From: Candidatus Fraserbacteria bacterium
Lineage (GTDB): Bacteria; Bipolaricaulota; Bipolaricaulia; RBG-16-55-9; DRXL01
NCBI GenBank assembly: GCA_947085185.1
Contig: CAMTVK010000006.1
Location: 34,839 to 98,838 of the forward strand
Length of the DNA: 64,000 nucleotides
Direction of reading: 5' to 3'
Shown here: positions 25,624 to 35,449 of the stretch, piece after piece
Numbering within the stretch: position 1 is the stretch's first letter
Layout: every line of letters begins with the position of its first letter
The notes under the pieces: model-generated
Seen by the model: only the letters and a program-made list of their open reading frames with translations
What the model was told of the DNA's origin: nothing
Database searches by the model: none
Made by a program: the position numbers and the translations under genes

Positions 25624-27635
25624 CAAGCCTCCAGTCTTCTTCTTACAGTATAGAATATTGTCACTCCTTGCACGAGCACAAACCAAGCTGCGTAAACATA
25701 GATGAAAACTAAAAAAGGCGCGGTATGCACTACCAGCCGCGGATCAATACCCAAGGGCACTAAAAAAGCTATCAGGTTAATTGTTAGGATTGGGAAAATC
25801 AGAATTTCGCGAAATCTGGAGAATATCACAAGCAGCAATCCCATTAGATACAGATAATATAAAGGGGTGATTTCAAGCCCCGCTTGCTTCCAGAACAGAT
25901 GAGTGGGTCTGAGGAATAGATCGAGATAGCCACTTATAGTTCTCGAAATGATTTCACCAAGGCTATGCATGCCAAAGATATATTGAAATGTCGTCACGGG
26001 TGCTCCACTGTGACCCTTTGCCCGAAACTGCTCTAACGTGGGGCAGCCCTCACAGCTGATGCCTTTGAGAACCACAAATTCATAGTTTCTATACCACTTG
26101 GCATGGACGTTCGCGCTCCAGAACGGATCGCCGAACTTCTGATAACTATAAGCTAAATACGGTGCGAGCAACAGCATCAAAACAGCTATAGGAATGAAAA
26201 GCTTCTTCCAAACAATCTTCTGCCGCCAGAAGGCGTAGCCCCACAGGGGAAGAACAAAGACTAAACTATTGATCTGTTGCAAGACGGCTGCTGCACCCCA
26301 CCCACTAAGACCGGCCAATCGCTGCTTTTCTCCCAGCCGCTCTTGCCTTATAAGCACGTGATAAGCCAGCATGAGAATGGCGATAGTATAGAGCTCTAAG
26401 CGCAGACCACGCACACTCATAAAGATCAAGTATGGGTTAATCGCCAGTAGCGCAACCACGAGTAAAGCCAGCACTGGTTGTTTTGTGTAGTCCTTGAAAA
26501 ACTTGTAGGCAGCTACCAATGTGAGCAAGGAGAGCACGAGAGTGAGCATGCGCAGGTTGAGATCCGAGGAGCCAACGACTAAGAACCAGAGCTTGGTAGC
26601 CCAAATCCATAAGGGCTCCCTAAAGCTTGTGTCATAAAGATGTCGCATATTATCAGCAATTTGTCGGTAGCCAACTGCATCGGGGTCAAGGGGGCGGTAC
26701 TGAAACTCCGTTAGCGCCTCCCAGCGCAGCACGAAGCCCAGTGCGATGATCGCTACCAGCAATGAGCTTACAACAAACTTCTGTACCCCCTCTCCTGGCT
26801 TTATCAGCGGAGCCATACTAAGTGCAATTACAGTTCCAGCTGCATACAGGAACCAGATCCAAGGAATAGCGAGGTCTTCCACATAAGGCCCCAGCTGGGG
26901 CGTGACAAACCGCGCAAGAGAAGGCAAGTTCGCCAGGGGAAGCCCCGTGAAGATCCAGTTGGGCCAGAGTGCGCTGGCCAAAGCCTCGGCACCTAAAGCA
27001 GCAGCAAAGATGGCGAGAGCAAATTTCAGCTGCACAGCTCGCGCCCAAGCATAGAGGCTCAAAGGGATAGCGATGAACAGAAAGAGGCCCGGTAAGTAAG
27101 GCAAGGCGATCGGGTTTTTAATTTTGACTATCTGAATCCAATCTAAAGCAACATAGGTCTCAGCAGAACCCGTCTCTGCAGCGCTTGCAATGATCCGTAA
27201 AAAAATTTCGGAAGAGCCTAGGGCATATGGAGTCAAAAGCACATAACGGTTGGCTACTTGCAGGTTAGACCCAACCGTTTGATAATGAACCCCATCCGTA
27301 GAGATTTCGAGACGAATCTCCTCTAGCCCGGTCCAGTGAACTCCGAGGTTTAGATTGAGATCTTCGTCGGGCTCTTTAGTGATTTTATAGATGACTTCGC
27401 CACGCTGGCCTGATCTAAGATAGAGGCCATCGACCTCTACTTCCCAATCGCCCAGTACTTGAGCATCTTGCTGGATTTTCTGTGCCCTATCGTTAATGTG
27501 ATCTAAGTAGGTGCTTAGCACAGTTGGAGTACCAACGAGTCTGAGCAGCTCCTCACGATAGATAAGCACTGCGATAAAAGCAGTGAGTAAGATAAGCATT
27601 GGCCATTGCAGCTGTTTGATATGCTTCATAACCAC
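25623..27635 (-). CDS. GT-C fold polytopic membrane glycosyltransferase (ArnT/PMT-like, family 39/83-like) with N-terminal ~170-aa extracytoplasmic domain
   Basis: 670 aa, more than 10 TM helices. First extracytoplasmic loop has an Asp-containing motif (RPLDPDAVGYRQIADNM). Sits next to a GT2 polyprenol-phosphate glycosyltransferase and an ArnE-like gene. Confidence 0.5.
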   Translation of the reverse strand: MVMKHIKQLQWPMLILLTAFIAVLIYREELLRLVGTPTVLSTYLDHINDRAQKIQQDAQVLGDWEVEVDGLYLRSGQRGEVIYKITKEPDEDLNLNLGVHWTGLEEIRLEISTDGVHYQTVGSNLQVANRYVLLTPYALGSSEIFLRIIASAAETGSAETYVALDWIQIVKIKNPIALPYLPGLFLFIAIPLSLYAWARAVQLKFALAIFAAALGAEALASALWPNWIFTGLPLANLPSLARFVTPQLGPYVEDLAIPWIWFLYAAGTVIALSMAPLIKPGEGVQKFVVSSLLVAIIALGFVLRWEALTEFQYRPLDPDAVGYRQIADNMRHLYDTSFREPLWIWATKLWFLVVGSSDLNLRMLTLVLSLLTLVAAYKFFKDYTKQPVLALLVVALLAINPYLIFMSVRGLRLELYTIAILMLAYHVLIRQERLGEKQRLAGLSGWGAAAVLQQINSLVFVLPLWGYAFWRQKIVWKKLFIPIAVLMLLLAPYLAYSYQKFGDPFWSANVHAKWYRNYEFVVLKGISCEGCPTLEQFRAKGHSGAPVTTFQYIFGMHSLGEIISRTISGYLDLFLRPTHLFWKQAGLEITPLYYLYLMGLLLVIFSRFREILIFPILTINLIAFLVPLGIDPRLVVHTAPFLVFIYVYAAWFVLVQGVTIFYTVRRRLEA

Positions 27636-27651
27636 TCCTGTGGGAAAGCCG

Positions 27652-28401
27652 CTAACGTCTCAGCAACAGGTTGTACTTTAGGATGTACCAGATGGCCTTT
27701 AGCCCATCCCTCAAGGTGATCTTCTTGCCCTCTTCATATGTGCGTCCGTAGTAAGAGATAGGGACTTCATAGATGCGACAGCCAAGGCGAGCGACCTTGG
27801 CCGTGATCTCGGGCTCAAATCCGAACCGATCTTCTTTGAGATTGATCTTTTGTAGCACCTCGCGCCGGAACATCTTATAGCACGTCTCCATATCGGTCAG
27901 ATTCATGTTGGTGAACATGTTGGAAAGAGTAGTGAGAAAGAGGTTGCCCACGTAATGCCAGAAGTACAAGACGCGGTGCGGGCCGCCCAAGAAGCGTGAA
28001 CCATAGACGACATCGGCCACGCCACGCCGGATGGGCTCCAATAGCTTATGGTATTCTTGCGGATCGTACTCCAGGTCAGCATCTTGAATTACGATGACGT
28101 CTCCAGTTGCCTCCTGAAAGCCGCGTCGTAACGCTGCTCCCTTGCCGCGATTGCGCTCCTGAAAGATGACTTTAATGTTGTCCACGTAAATCCTCTGATT
28201 GAGTTGCGGCAATTCAAATCCCTCCGGGTTAGAGTTGTGCTGTGCCTCTAAGAGCTGTTGCAAAAACTCGCGCGTCCCGTCGGTCGAGCCGTCATCAACA
28301 ATGATGATCTCCTTGTCAATATCTACTTCCTGGACACGCTTGAGCACTTCTTCAATATAAGCCCGCTCATTGTAAACGGGCATCACCACGGACAGTTTCA
28401 T
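27652..28401 (-). CDS. GT2 polyprenol-phosphate glycosyltransferase (ArnC/DPM1/GtrB-like)
   Basis: [12 protein letters not shown]...[11 protein letters not shown]...[11 protein letters not shown]...YGSRF, the classic GT2 DxD/Q(R)xxRW family. Confidence 0.8.
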   Translation of the reverse strand: MKLSVVMPVYNERAYIEEVLKRVQEVDIDKEIIIVDDGSTDGTREFLQQLLEAQHNSNPEGFELPQLNQRIYVDNIKVIFQERNRGKGAALRRGFQEATGDVIVIQDADLEYDPQEYHKLLEPIRRGVADVVYGSRFLGGPHRVLYFWHYVGNLFLTTLSNMFTNMNLTDMETCYKMFRREVLQKINLKEDRFGFEPEITAKVARLGCRIYEVPISYYGRTYEEGKKITLRDGLKAIWYILKYNLLLRR

Positions 28402-28405
28402 CGCT

Positions 28406-28762
28406 TCAACCCCTCACGATCAGGGCTACGCCCCCCAAGATGAGTGCGATACCTACCCACTGTGTGAATGACAGCGGCTCGCCCAAGAGCTTAGCCGAAA
28501 TCAGAGCAACCCACACATAGCTTGTCGCAATCACCGGATACAGCACCGACAAATTGCCGTGTTTGAGCGCCACGATGAACAAGATGGCGGAAAGGCCGTA
28601 AAGGGCCATCCCGCCGAGAATCTTGAAATTCGTCAGCCAACTCCATACGCTCAGCGATATTGAGGGCGAGCCCAGCTTGAACAACAGCTGGCCCAGTGAG
28701 CCCATCAGCGCACAAAATGCCGCCAGTGCAATCGCCCAAGCTTTGGTCTCCATCCGACTCAC
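28406..28762 (-). CDS. Small 4-TM DMT/SMR-like protein (ArnE/ArnF-like undecaprenyl-phosphate-sugar flippase subunit)
   Basis: 118 aa, four TM helices, EamA-like C-terminal motif [24 protein letters not shown]. Confidence 0.6.
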   Translation of the reverse strand: MSRMETKAWAIALAAFCALMGSLGQLLFKLGSPSISLSVWSWLTNFKILGGMALYGLSAILFIVALKHGNLSVLYPVIATSYVWVALISAKLLGEPLSFTQWVGIALILGGVALIVRG

Positions 28763-29709
28763 GCTCCCTTGTTCAATAAGCTTCGGAAATAGTCAAGTGT
28801 GCGGCGCAGGCCTTCTCGTCGTGTGACCTTGGGCTCCCAACCCAGCCGCTCCTTGGCCAAGCTAATGTCGGGGCAACGCACTTTAGGGTCGTCAGCAGGC
28901 AGCGGCTCAAAGACGATTTCACTGCGGCTATTGGCCAACTCAATGATCTCTTTAGCCAGCGCTAATATTGTGACCTCGTCAGGATTACCCAGATTGACCA
29001 GACCGCTCTCATAAGACTGGAGCAGCCGGTAAAGCCCCTCAATCATATCGTCTATATAGCAGAAGCTTCGGGTCTGTGTGCCGTCTCCGTAGATGGTCAA
29101 TGGCTTATTATGAAGAGCTTGCCAGCAGAAGTTCGAGACAACTCGTCCGTCATGGGGGCGCATGAGTGGACCATACGTATTGAAAATGCGAGCGATTTTC
29201 ACATCTAGTCCATAGCACCGGTGATAGGCCATCGTCAGCGCTTCAGCATAGCGTTTGGCTTCGTCATAACAACTGCGCGGTCCAACGGGATTGACCCGCC
29301 CCCAGTAACTCTCTGGCTGTGGGTTCACCTCCGGATCGCCGTAGACTTCGGATGTTGAAGCGAGCATAAAGATAGCCTCTTTCTGCCTTGCTAGCTCGAG
29401 CATATAATATGTGCCGAATGCCCCAGCTTGTAATGTCTCGATTGGGTATTTCCCATAATCAGAAGGGCTGGCAGGACTGGCTAGATGGAGCACATAGTCT
29501 AGCGAATCTGCAAATGAGAGGGGCTGAGTCACGTCGTGCTGCAAGAAGTGAAAGTTGGGGTTGCTCAAAAAGGGTGTTATATTCTCCCGACGGCCGGTCA
29601 ATAAGTTATCCACGCACCACACCTCATAGCCCTCTTGCACCAGACGAGCACATAAATGCGCTCCAATGAAGCCAGCTCCTCCTGTAATCAGCACTTTCTT
29701 TGCGCTCAT
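28759..29709 (-). CDS. uxs: UDP-glucuronate decarboxylase / UDP-xylose synthase
   Basis: Short-chain dehydrogenase/epimerase fold. Near-colinear similarity to eukaryotic and bacterial UXS: [56 protein letters not shown]. Confidence 0.85.
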   Translation of the reverse strand: MSAKKVLITGGAGFIGAHLCARLVQEGYEVWCVDNLLTGRRENITPFLSNPNFHFLQHDVTQPLSFADSLDYVLHLASPASPSDYGKYPIETLQAGAFGTYYMLELARQKEAIFMLASTSEVYGDPEVNPQPESYWGRVNPVGPRSCYDEAKRYAEALTMAYHRCYGLDVKIARIFNTYGPLMRPHDGRVVSNFCWQALHNKPLTIYGDGTQTRSFCYIDDMIEGLYRLLQSYESGLVNLGNPDEVTILALAKEIIELANSRSEIVFEPLPADDPKVRCPDISLAKERLGWEPKVTRREGLRRTLDYFRSLLNKGA

Positions 29710-31007
29710 GGCCGGCCTACCCCATAGTATATGAAGCCAAGCTTACGCAGCCTCTCAGGATTATAAATATTGCGGCCGTCAAATATAACTGGTGTTTTCA
29801 TTGCTCGCTTAATTCTCTCAAAGTCTGGAGTACGGAATTCACCCCACTCTGTAAGCAGTACCAGGGCTTCCGCAGCTTGCACGCTTCCATAGTGATCATC
29901 GACATACTCGATCCGGTCACCAAAGATGGTCCGAGCCTTGTCGGTAGCCCTTGGATCATGAGCTACCACGTCCGCTCCATGTTCCAAGAGCTTTTCAATA
30001 ATGGCCAGTGAAGGGGCTTCACGTATATCGTCGGTACCTGGCTTAAATGCCAACCCCCAGATTGTGATGCGGCGGCCCTTCAGATGCCCTTGGAAGTGAT
30101 CGTAGATCTTCTTGAAAAAACGAAGGCGCTGCTCTTCGTTCACCATGTCGACAGCAGCAGCGATACGCAATGGGCAGCTGTGATCTTGTCCCATCCGGAC
30201 AAGGGCTTTGACATCTTTGGGCAGGCAAGAACCTCCATAGCCTACACCGGGGAAGAGAAAAGCATAACCGATACGACTGTCCGCTCCGACCCCCTTGCGT
30301 ACCTGCTCAATGTCCGCTCCTAGCTGCTCGCATAAGGCGGCTAGTTCGTTCATCAGGGAGATCTTGGCAGCCAGTATCAAGTTGGAGGCGTATTTAGTCA
30401 TCTCAGCGCTCCGGTGGTCCATAATAATAATGGGTTTTTCAGTGCGCACAAAGGATGCATAGAGTTCTCTCATCACTTCGGCGGCTTTCAGACTGCTGGT
30501 GCCAATAATGACTCGATCGGGCTTGAGGAAATCATTCAGGGCCGTGCCTTCTTTAAGAAACTCAGGGTTGGAGACAACTTCAAGCTCATAACGAGTATAT
30601 CGAGCGATGAGTTCTCGAACCTGTTCGGCTGTCCCGACGGGTACAGTGCTCTTAAGCACGATGATCTTTGGACCATTCATGGAACGTGCAATCTTCTCCG
30701 CGACGGTAAAGACCTGGCTGAGATCAACGCTGCCATCGGGGTTGGAGGGCGTACCCACGGCGATGAAGATGATCTCAGAGTTGCGAACAGCTTCAGCAAG
30801 ATCCGTAGTGAACTGGAGCCGCCCCTCTCTTATATTGCGTTCGAGCAGCTCTTCCAAGCCCAGCTCATAGATGGGTGAATGGCCTTGCTGAAGCTGAGCA
30901 ATTTTCTGAGCATCGCTATCAACGCCGATAACATGGTTGCCGCTATCGGCAAAGCAGGCTGCTGCTGTCAAGCCAACATACCCTGTCCCTATGACCGCAA
31001 GATACAT
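29706..31007 (-). CDS. ugd: UDP-glucose 6-dehydrogenase
   Basis: [13 protein letters not shown], catalytic GGSCLPKD, ~433 aa. Confidence 0.9.
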   Translation of the reverse strand: MYLAVIGTGYVGLTAAACFADSGNHVIGVDSDAQKIAQLQQGHSPIYELGLEELLERNIREGRLQFTTDLAEAVRNSEIIFIAVGTPSNPDGSVDLSQVFTVAEKIARSMNGPKIIVLKSTVPVGTAEQVRELIARYTRYELEVVSNPEFLKEGTALNDFLKPDRVIIGTSSLKAAEVMRELYASFVRTEKPIIIMDHRSAEMTKYASNLILAAKISLMNELAALCEQLGADIEQVRKGVGADSRIGYAFLFPGVGYGGSCLPKDVKALVRMGQDHSCPLRIAAAVDMVNEEQRLRFFKKIYDHFQGHLKGRRITIWGLAFKPGTDDIREAPSLAIIEKLLEHGADVVAHDPRATDKARTIFGDRIEYVDDHYGSVQAAEALVLLTEWGEFRTPDFERIKRAMKTPVIFDGRNIYNPERLRKLGFIYYGVGRP

Positions 31008-31017
31008 AGGCTATCGA

Positions 31018-31250
31018 GTTACGAGGAACACGCCACCACCGATTAATAATATACCCAAGAGCCGAGCCAGCGTAAGCGACTCCCCTAAGAATGCCCAGGA
31101 GATCAGCGGCAGAATAAGATACACTCCTCCCCCAAATAAAGGTAAAGCATAACTAATTCATGCCCTTCTTCATCAAGACCTGCCCGCTGAGAGCGAGAAC
31201 CAGGACAAAGAATATCAAGAAGATGACACGGTTCATTTCGTATCCTCCTG
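31018..31250 (-). pseudogene. Decayed second ArnE/ArnF-like small membrane protein gene (in-frame stop plus frameshift, internal deletion)
   Basis: Strong RBS (AGGAGG) then MNRVIFLIFFVLVLALSGQVLMKKGMN and a stop. The +1 frame continues as ...LGESLTLARLLGILLIGGGVFLVTR, which matches the C-terminal EamA motif of the intact paralog at 28406..28762. Combined length ~75 aa against 118 aa. Lower GC than the surroundings. Confidence 0.4.
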
Positions 31251-31574
31251 TGTTGAAACATTATAATGGCTTCGATTTCGATGGTCAAGCGCTTATAGCT
31301 AGGCCATTGTGATTGCGTGGATAAGCCCAGATCATCTTGGTATATCTCCCTCTCGACAGTATACAGATACGTGAGTGGCGGTACCAGCCAAACCAGCGCG
31401 CCTGCGCAGAGCTGATGCTGGAGAATTGCCAAGGGATTTCTGAAAATTAGAGAAAGCCATACACGCCTGAAAGCCGCTACATACTCGCTATCAAAATCGA
31501 TGAGCTGACGATTAAAATCATGCGCATAGACTATAGAATGCATAGACGTACACACATAGGCTTTGCTCCATTTA

Positions 31575-32318
31575 TCAAACTGCTAGGAGGGCCTCATAAT
31601 CATCTAAGACGGAGGCAACTTCTCCCAAAGCCTTTAGCTTCCCTTGGGAGAGCAAACACGCACGGTTGCACAGGTGTTTGACAGCTGTTATATTGTGTGA
31701 AACAAAGACGAGTGTCTTCCCCTGACGGCGAAGCTCCATCATCCGTTCCAGACACTTCTTCTGAAAGTGCTCATCTCCTACAGCAAGCACCTCGTCAATC
31801 AATAAGATATCCGGGTCAAGATGCGCTGCGATCGAAAATCCCAAGCGTGCATACATCCCTGTTGAGTAGTTCTTAACGGGAACATCAATGAACTCCTCAA
31901 GCTCAGAAAATTCTACAATATCCTTATAGATTCTATCAATCTCGCGGCGCGTCAGCCCATACAGCGACGCATTGAGATAGATGTTCTCTTGCCCAGTCAG
32001 CTCGTGATGGAACCCCACCCCCAGTTCGATCATCGGCGCCACCCGCCCGCGCACGATAATTTCACCCTTGGTGGGATAGAGCGTGCGCGCGATTAATCTC
32101 AGTAATGTGCTTTTGCCCGACCCGTTTGGGCCGATCAACCCCAGCGCCTCCCCGTGCTCCACCGTTAGGTTAATGTCTTGCAAAGCCCAGAAAGGTTCAC
32201 AGTGCTCTCGATAGCGCCTGTTGAAAAGTCCAACGAAGCGCTCTTTCAGTGAGTCGGCGCGGTTGTGTCGGATGAGAAATTGCTTCCAGACGTTGCGAAT
32301 CTCAATAGCTGGGAGCAT
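31575..32318 (-). CDS. ABC transporter ATP-binding protein, polysaccharide/teichoic-acid export type (Wzt/TagH-like, no C-terminal carbohydrate-binding domain)
   Basis: Walker A GPNGSGKST, LSGGQ-like signature, Walker B. MLPAIEIRNVWKQF start whose ATG overlaps the stop of the upstream permease gene. Confidence 0.85.
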   Translation of the reverse strand: MLPAIEIRNVWKQFLIRHNRADSLKERFVGLFNRRYREHCEPFWALQDINLTVEHGEALGLIGPNGSGKSTLLRLIARTLYPTKGEIIVRGRVAPMIELGVGFHHELTGQENIYLNASLYGLTRREIDRIYKDIVEFSELEEFIDVPVKNYSTGMYARLGFSIAAHLDPDILLIDEVLAVGDEHFQKKCLERMMELRRQGKTLVFVSHNITAVKHLCNRACLLSQGKLKALGEVASVLDDYEALLAV

Positions 32319-33106
32319 CAGAGATCCTCCGCAAAGAACCGCTGCCGCCGCCGAAAGACCCAACTTCCCACCCCAAGCGCAGCTAGCGCCCACAAACTCC
32401 CCAACAGCAGCATCTGAGCATCAGGCCAGCGGCCCCAGTAGAGCATATCGTGATACGCTGTGATGTACGCTGTCATGGGGTTAAGCTCAAAGAGCCAGCG
32501 TACCCGCCCCGGAACCATCGAGAGATGATAGATAATAGGCGTCATCCAGAACAGAATCATCAGAGCGACTTCAGTCAGATACTTGACATCGCGATAGGAG
32601 ACGGTAACAGCCGAGAGAAAGAGCGCTACGCCTAGAGTGAAGACCACTTGTAAGAGCAGGACAAGAGGGTAAGCTGCTATTGCTGGGGTCCACGGCGCAC
32701 CGAGAAAGACGAGCGCCGGGAAGAAGACGAGCAGCGCCAAGAGAAACTGCACAAAGTGAAAGAACACCGTAGCGATGGGCAAGATCTCACGGGGAAACGC
32801 GATCTTTTTGATGAGATTCGCATTGCCGATGATGGCTTCCGTAGAAGCTATCGCTGTCCCGCTGAAGAGATTCCACGGCAAGATCCCCACAATCAAAAAG
32901 AGCGGAAAGTTCTCCACCTGGACGCGCAGGATGTACTTGAGCGCTACCGAGTAGACGACGATCATCATCAAGGGGTTTAGCAAAGACCACAAAAATCCCA
33001 AGAACGAGTTGCGGTACTTCACTTTAAGGTCCTTGATAACCAAGTTTTTCAAAAGCTCTTGGTAGTGGAAGACAGAAGGTCGCGTCTCAATTGCTTGGAT
33101 ACTCAT
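32318..33106 (-). CDS. ABC-2 type transporter permease (Wzm/TagG-like)
   Basis: 262 aa, six TM helices. N-terminal KVKYRNSFLGFLWSLLNPLMMI ABC-2 motif. Confidence 0.8.
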   Translation of the reverse strand: MSIQAIETRPSVFHYQELLKNLVIKDLKVKYRNSFLGFLWSLLNPLMMIVVYSVALKYILRVQVENFPLFLIVGILPWNLFSGTAIASTEAIIGNANLIKKIAFPREILPIATVFFHFVQFLLALLVFFPALVFLGAPWTPAIAAYPLVLLLQVVFTLGVALFLSAVTVSYRDVKYLTEVALMILFWMTPIIYHLSMVPGRVRWLFELNPMTAYITAYHDMLYWGRWPDAQMLLLGSLWALAALGVGSWVFRRRQRFFAEDL

Positions 33107-33117
33107 ACGGGCTGATT

Positions 33118-34272
33118 CTACCCAAAGCCTCGCTGGGGCTCAAGGTTGCGATACAAAGCCCGCACCCGGCTTATCATCTGCTCCACCGTGAAATGCTCGA
33201 GTGCCCGACGTCGCCCTGCTTCTCCCATGCGCTGCCGCGTCTCTGCTGAGCTGAGAAGGTGCTTCAGGGCACTTCGGAGAGCAAGGGCATCCTCAGGGGA
33301 CACAAGCAGCCCTGTGACGCCCTCTTCGACAAGCTCAGGCACCCCGCCCACCCGCGTCGCGATCACCGGCAGTCCCGCAAGCATTGCCTCGATGATCGTC
33401 AGTGGCATCCCCTCCCAGAGCGACGCAAGCACGAAGATATCTGACGCCTTCAAGATCTCCGGCACGTCATGGCGCTCGCCTAAAAACGCGATCTGCTCAC
33501 CCAAGTCCTGAGCGTGCACGATTTTTTCTAAGCGCGAGCGCCGAGGGCCTTCTCCAACAATCCAGAGCTGCCATCCCGGCGCTTTCAGCCCTTCCCACGC
33601 GACAATGAGAGTTTCAAAATCCTTTGGCGGCGCCAGGCGCCCGACCATCGTGACGATCCCTGCCACGTTGCTTGCTCCAAGCCTACCCCATAGCACTCTC
33701 TTATCAGTTGGAGTGCAGAACGGCTCTGGCTCAAGTCCATTGGGGATCACGACGAGCTTCTCATGAGAAACCACACCAAAGCGCAACGCCAGCTGACGAT
33801 CATATTCTGAGACACAGATGATCTTCGTCGAGAGCAGTGCAGGCAGGCGCTCAGCTTGAGCCAGCAACCATCGCCAGAGCCACGGCCGACCTTCAGAGAA
33901 TGCCCAGCCGTGAGCCGTAAACAGAATCACGGGCACCTTCGCAAAAGAAGCTGCTAAACGGCCTAGCAGCCCTGCCTTTGTGCTGTGCGTGTGCACGATA
34001 TCGAAGCGCTTGGCTTTTATAAGCCGATAAAGCTTCCAGAGAGCACCAAGATCTTTCACGGGGTGCAGCAGGCGACATAGCTCAGGGATCTCTACGACGC
34101 AGATACCGAGCGCCCGCAAACGCTCTACCAAAATCCCCCCTGGCGCACATGCTACAGTGATCTCATACTCCGATCGCAGATATTTTGCTAATAGATAAAC
34201 AATATGCTGAGCACCACCCCATTCCGACAATGTTACTACTTGCAGTACTTTTTTCATCGTGTAGATGGTCAA
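33118..34272 (-). CDS. Glycosyltransferase family 4
   Basis: VGRLAPPKDFETLI...SLWEGMPLTIIEAMLAGLPVIATRVGG. Confidence 0.8.
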   Translation of the reverse strand: MTIYTMKKVLQVVTLSEWGGAQHIVYLLAKYLRSEYEITVACAPGGILVERLRALGICVVEIPELCRLLHPVKDLGALWKLYRLIKAKRFDIVHTHSTKAGLLGRLAASFAKVPVILFTAHGWAFSEGRPWLWRWLLAQAERLPALLSTKIICVSEYDRQLALRFGVVSHEKLVVIPNGLEPEPFCTPTDKRVLWGRLGASNVAGIVTMVGRLAPPKDFETLIVAWEGLKAPGWQLWIVGEGPRRSRLEKIVHAQDLGEQIAFLGERHDVPEILKASDIFVLASLWEGMPLTIIEAMLAGLPVIATRVGGVPELVEEGVTGLLVSPEDALALRSALKHLLSSAETRQRMGEAGRRRALEHFTVEQMISRVRALYRNLEPQRGFG

Positions 34273-34445
34273 GAGATCGCTACCCAGTCCGCATTGTAAA
34301 TAATACAGCCCTGCGTCGCTCTCTTCAACAACTCCCGCTAGGGTCTAACAGTTGACCAGCTGCCCTGCCGCGGAAAGAGTACGCCGCGAGATATCACGCC
34401 ATCCCCCTGCTGGCGGAGATAGAGTTGGATTTGCCCTTCGCAATA

Positions 34446-34497
34446 GTTTACAATAAAACTCTATGGAGCGCAGCCGTGACTGGATGGACCAAGGGAA
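34446..34497 (+). repeat. Copy A of ~50-nt duplicated upstream element (GTTTACAAT..CTATGGAGCGCAGCCGTGACTGGATGGACCAAGGGA)
   Basis: ~85% identical to 35038..35088. Lies 35-85 nt upstream of the hicB ATG. Confidence 0.5.
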
Positions 34498-34530
34498 TCA
34501 CTGCGAAGTTGCAGCAGGAGGAAAAAGAAC

Positions 34531-34743
34531 ATGATGGGAAGGGAGATCATCTTTATGGTAGAAGAATCCCCAGAGGGAGGATATGAAGCGCACGCTTTGG
34601 GCCATGCTATCTTTACGGAAGCTGACACCTTTGAAGAGCTGAAGGGAAAAGTACGGGACGCTGTGCACTGCCACTTTGATGAGGCTGAGCGTCCGGCCGT
34701 TATTCGATTGTACTTGGTAAGAGAAGAAGTCTTCGCAGCATGA
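34531..34743 (+). CDS. hicB: HicB-family antitoxin (UPF0150-like)
   Basis: 70 aa with the EGGYEAHALGHAIFTEADTFEELKGKVRDAV pattern typical of HicB/UPF0150. Directly upstream of, and overlapping by 4 nt, a HicA-like gene. Confidence 0.6.
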   Translation: MMGREIIFMVEESPEGGYEAHALGHAIFTEADTFEELKGKVRDAVHCHFDEAERPAVIRLYLVREEVFAA

Positions 34744-34991
34744 AACTCCCCCGTGATCTTGGTGGAGAAGAGCTGGCACAGCTTTTGGCCCGCTATGGAT
34801 ATCGAATCGTGCGGCAGACAGGAAGTCATATGCGACTCCTCTCTTCCACCAAAGATGTTGAGCACCGAGTTACTATACCAAGACATAAACCCCTTCGAGT
34901 AGGCACCTTAAGCAAAATTCTCAAAGAAATAGCATCCTATCTGGAGATCGATTACCAAGAATTTTTGAGAGAATTGTTCCAAAAGGACTAA
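34740..34991 (+). CDS. hicA: HicA-family mRNA interferase toxin
   Basis: 83 aa with the GYRIVRQTGSHMRL...IPRHKPLRVGTLSKILKE pattern characteristic of the HicA/YcfA double-stranded-RNA-binding-like fold. Confidence 0.65.
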   Translation: MKLPRDLGGEELAQLLARYGYRIVRQTGSHMRLLSSTKDVEHRVTIPRHKPLRVGTLSKILKEIASYLEIDYQEFLRELFQKD

Positions 34992-35037
34992 ATTCGTGAA
35001 GTCACGGTACAATGAGTTGCTTTAAGCTATAAGGATG

Positions 35038-35088
35038 TTTACAATGAATGCTATGGAGCGCAGCTGCGACTGGATGGACCAAGCGAGA
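35038..35088 (+). repeat. Copy B of ~50-nt duplicated upstream element
   Basis: GTTTACAATGAATGCTATGGAGCGCAGCTGCGACTGGATGGACCAAGCGA. Overlaps the 5' region and possible alternative start of the orphan MNT gene. Confidence 0.5.
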
Positions 35089-35098
35089 ACGATCCGTT

Positions 35099-35449
35099 AT
35101 GCCGAGCAGATCATCAACTTTTGTGCAGGTCTTCTATCCCAAGCTGAGCCAAGCTGAAGTCATCACACGTCTCAGAGAGGGGCTGAAGGAGCTGCGAAAG
35201 CAGTTCCCCATCGCCCGGGCAGTGCTGTTTGGCTCCTACGCCAAGGGGAATTATACCGTGGGCAGCGACATTGATTTGATGATCGTCTACGAGGGGGAGG
35301 CACGACCCGACGCCTATGCTCTCGTGAAGAAGATCCTTGATCTGCCACGCCTGGAGCCCCATCTGTATACTAAGACAGAATATGAGAGACTCGGTGAGAC
35401 GCTCCGCAAGATGACTGAGGGCGGGATCGTGCTGGTGGGGCGCTCATGA
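35099..35449 (+). CDS. Orphan minimal nucleotidyltransferase (MNT-like)
   Basis: AVLFGSYAKGNYTVGSDIDLMIV NTase motif. Its stop overlaps the ATG of the downstream WecA-like gene (ATGA). Start could be the track's upstream ATG at 35048 inside the repeat. Confidence 0.7.
   Translation: MPSRSSTFVQVFYPKLSQAEVITRLREGLKELRKQFPIARAVLFGSYAKGNYTVGSDIDLMIVYEGEARPDAYALVKKILDLPRLEPHLYTKTEYERLGETLRKMTEGGIVLVGRS

Noticed and set aside
31103-31555. 150-aa minus-strand ORF in the low-GC gap between ugd and the ABC-2 exporter
   Set aside because: Overlaps the ArnE/F-like remnant in another frame and has no recognisable domain or sensible RBS. Treated as part of a decayed region rather than a gene.
34441-34530. 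23-codon micro-ORF (MERSRDWMDQGNHCEVAAGGKRT) inside repeat copy A
   Set aside because: The paralogous copy B reads differently in the equivalent frame and copy A has no RBS, so the conservation is nucleotide-level and not peptide-level.
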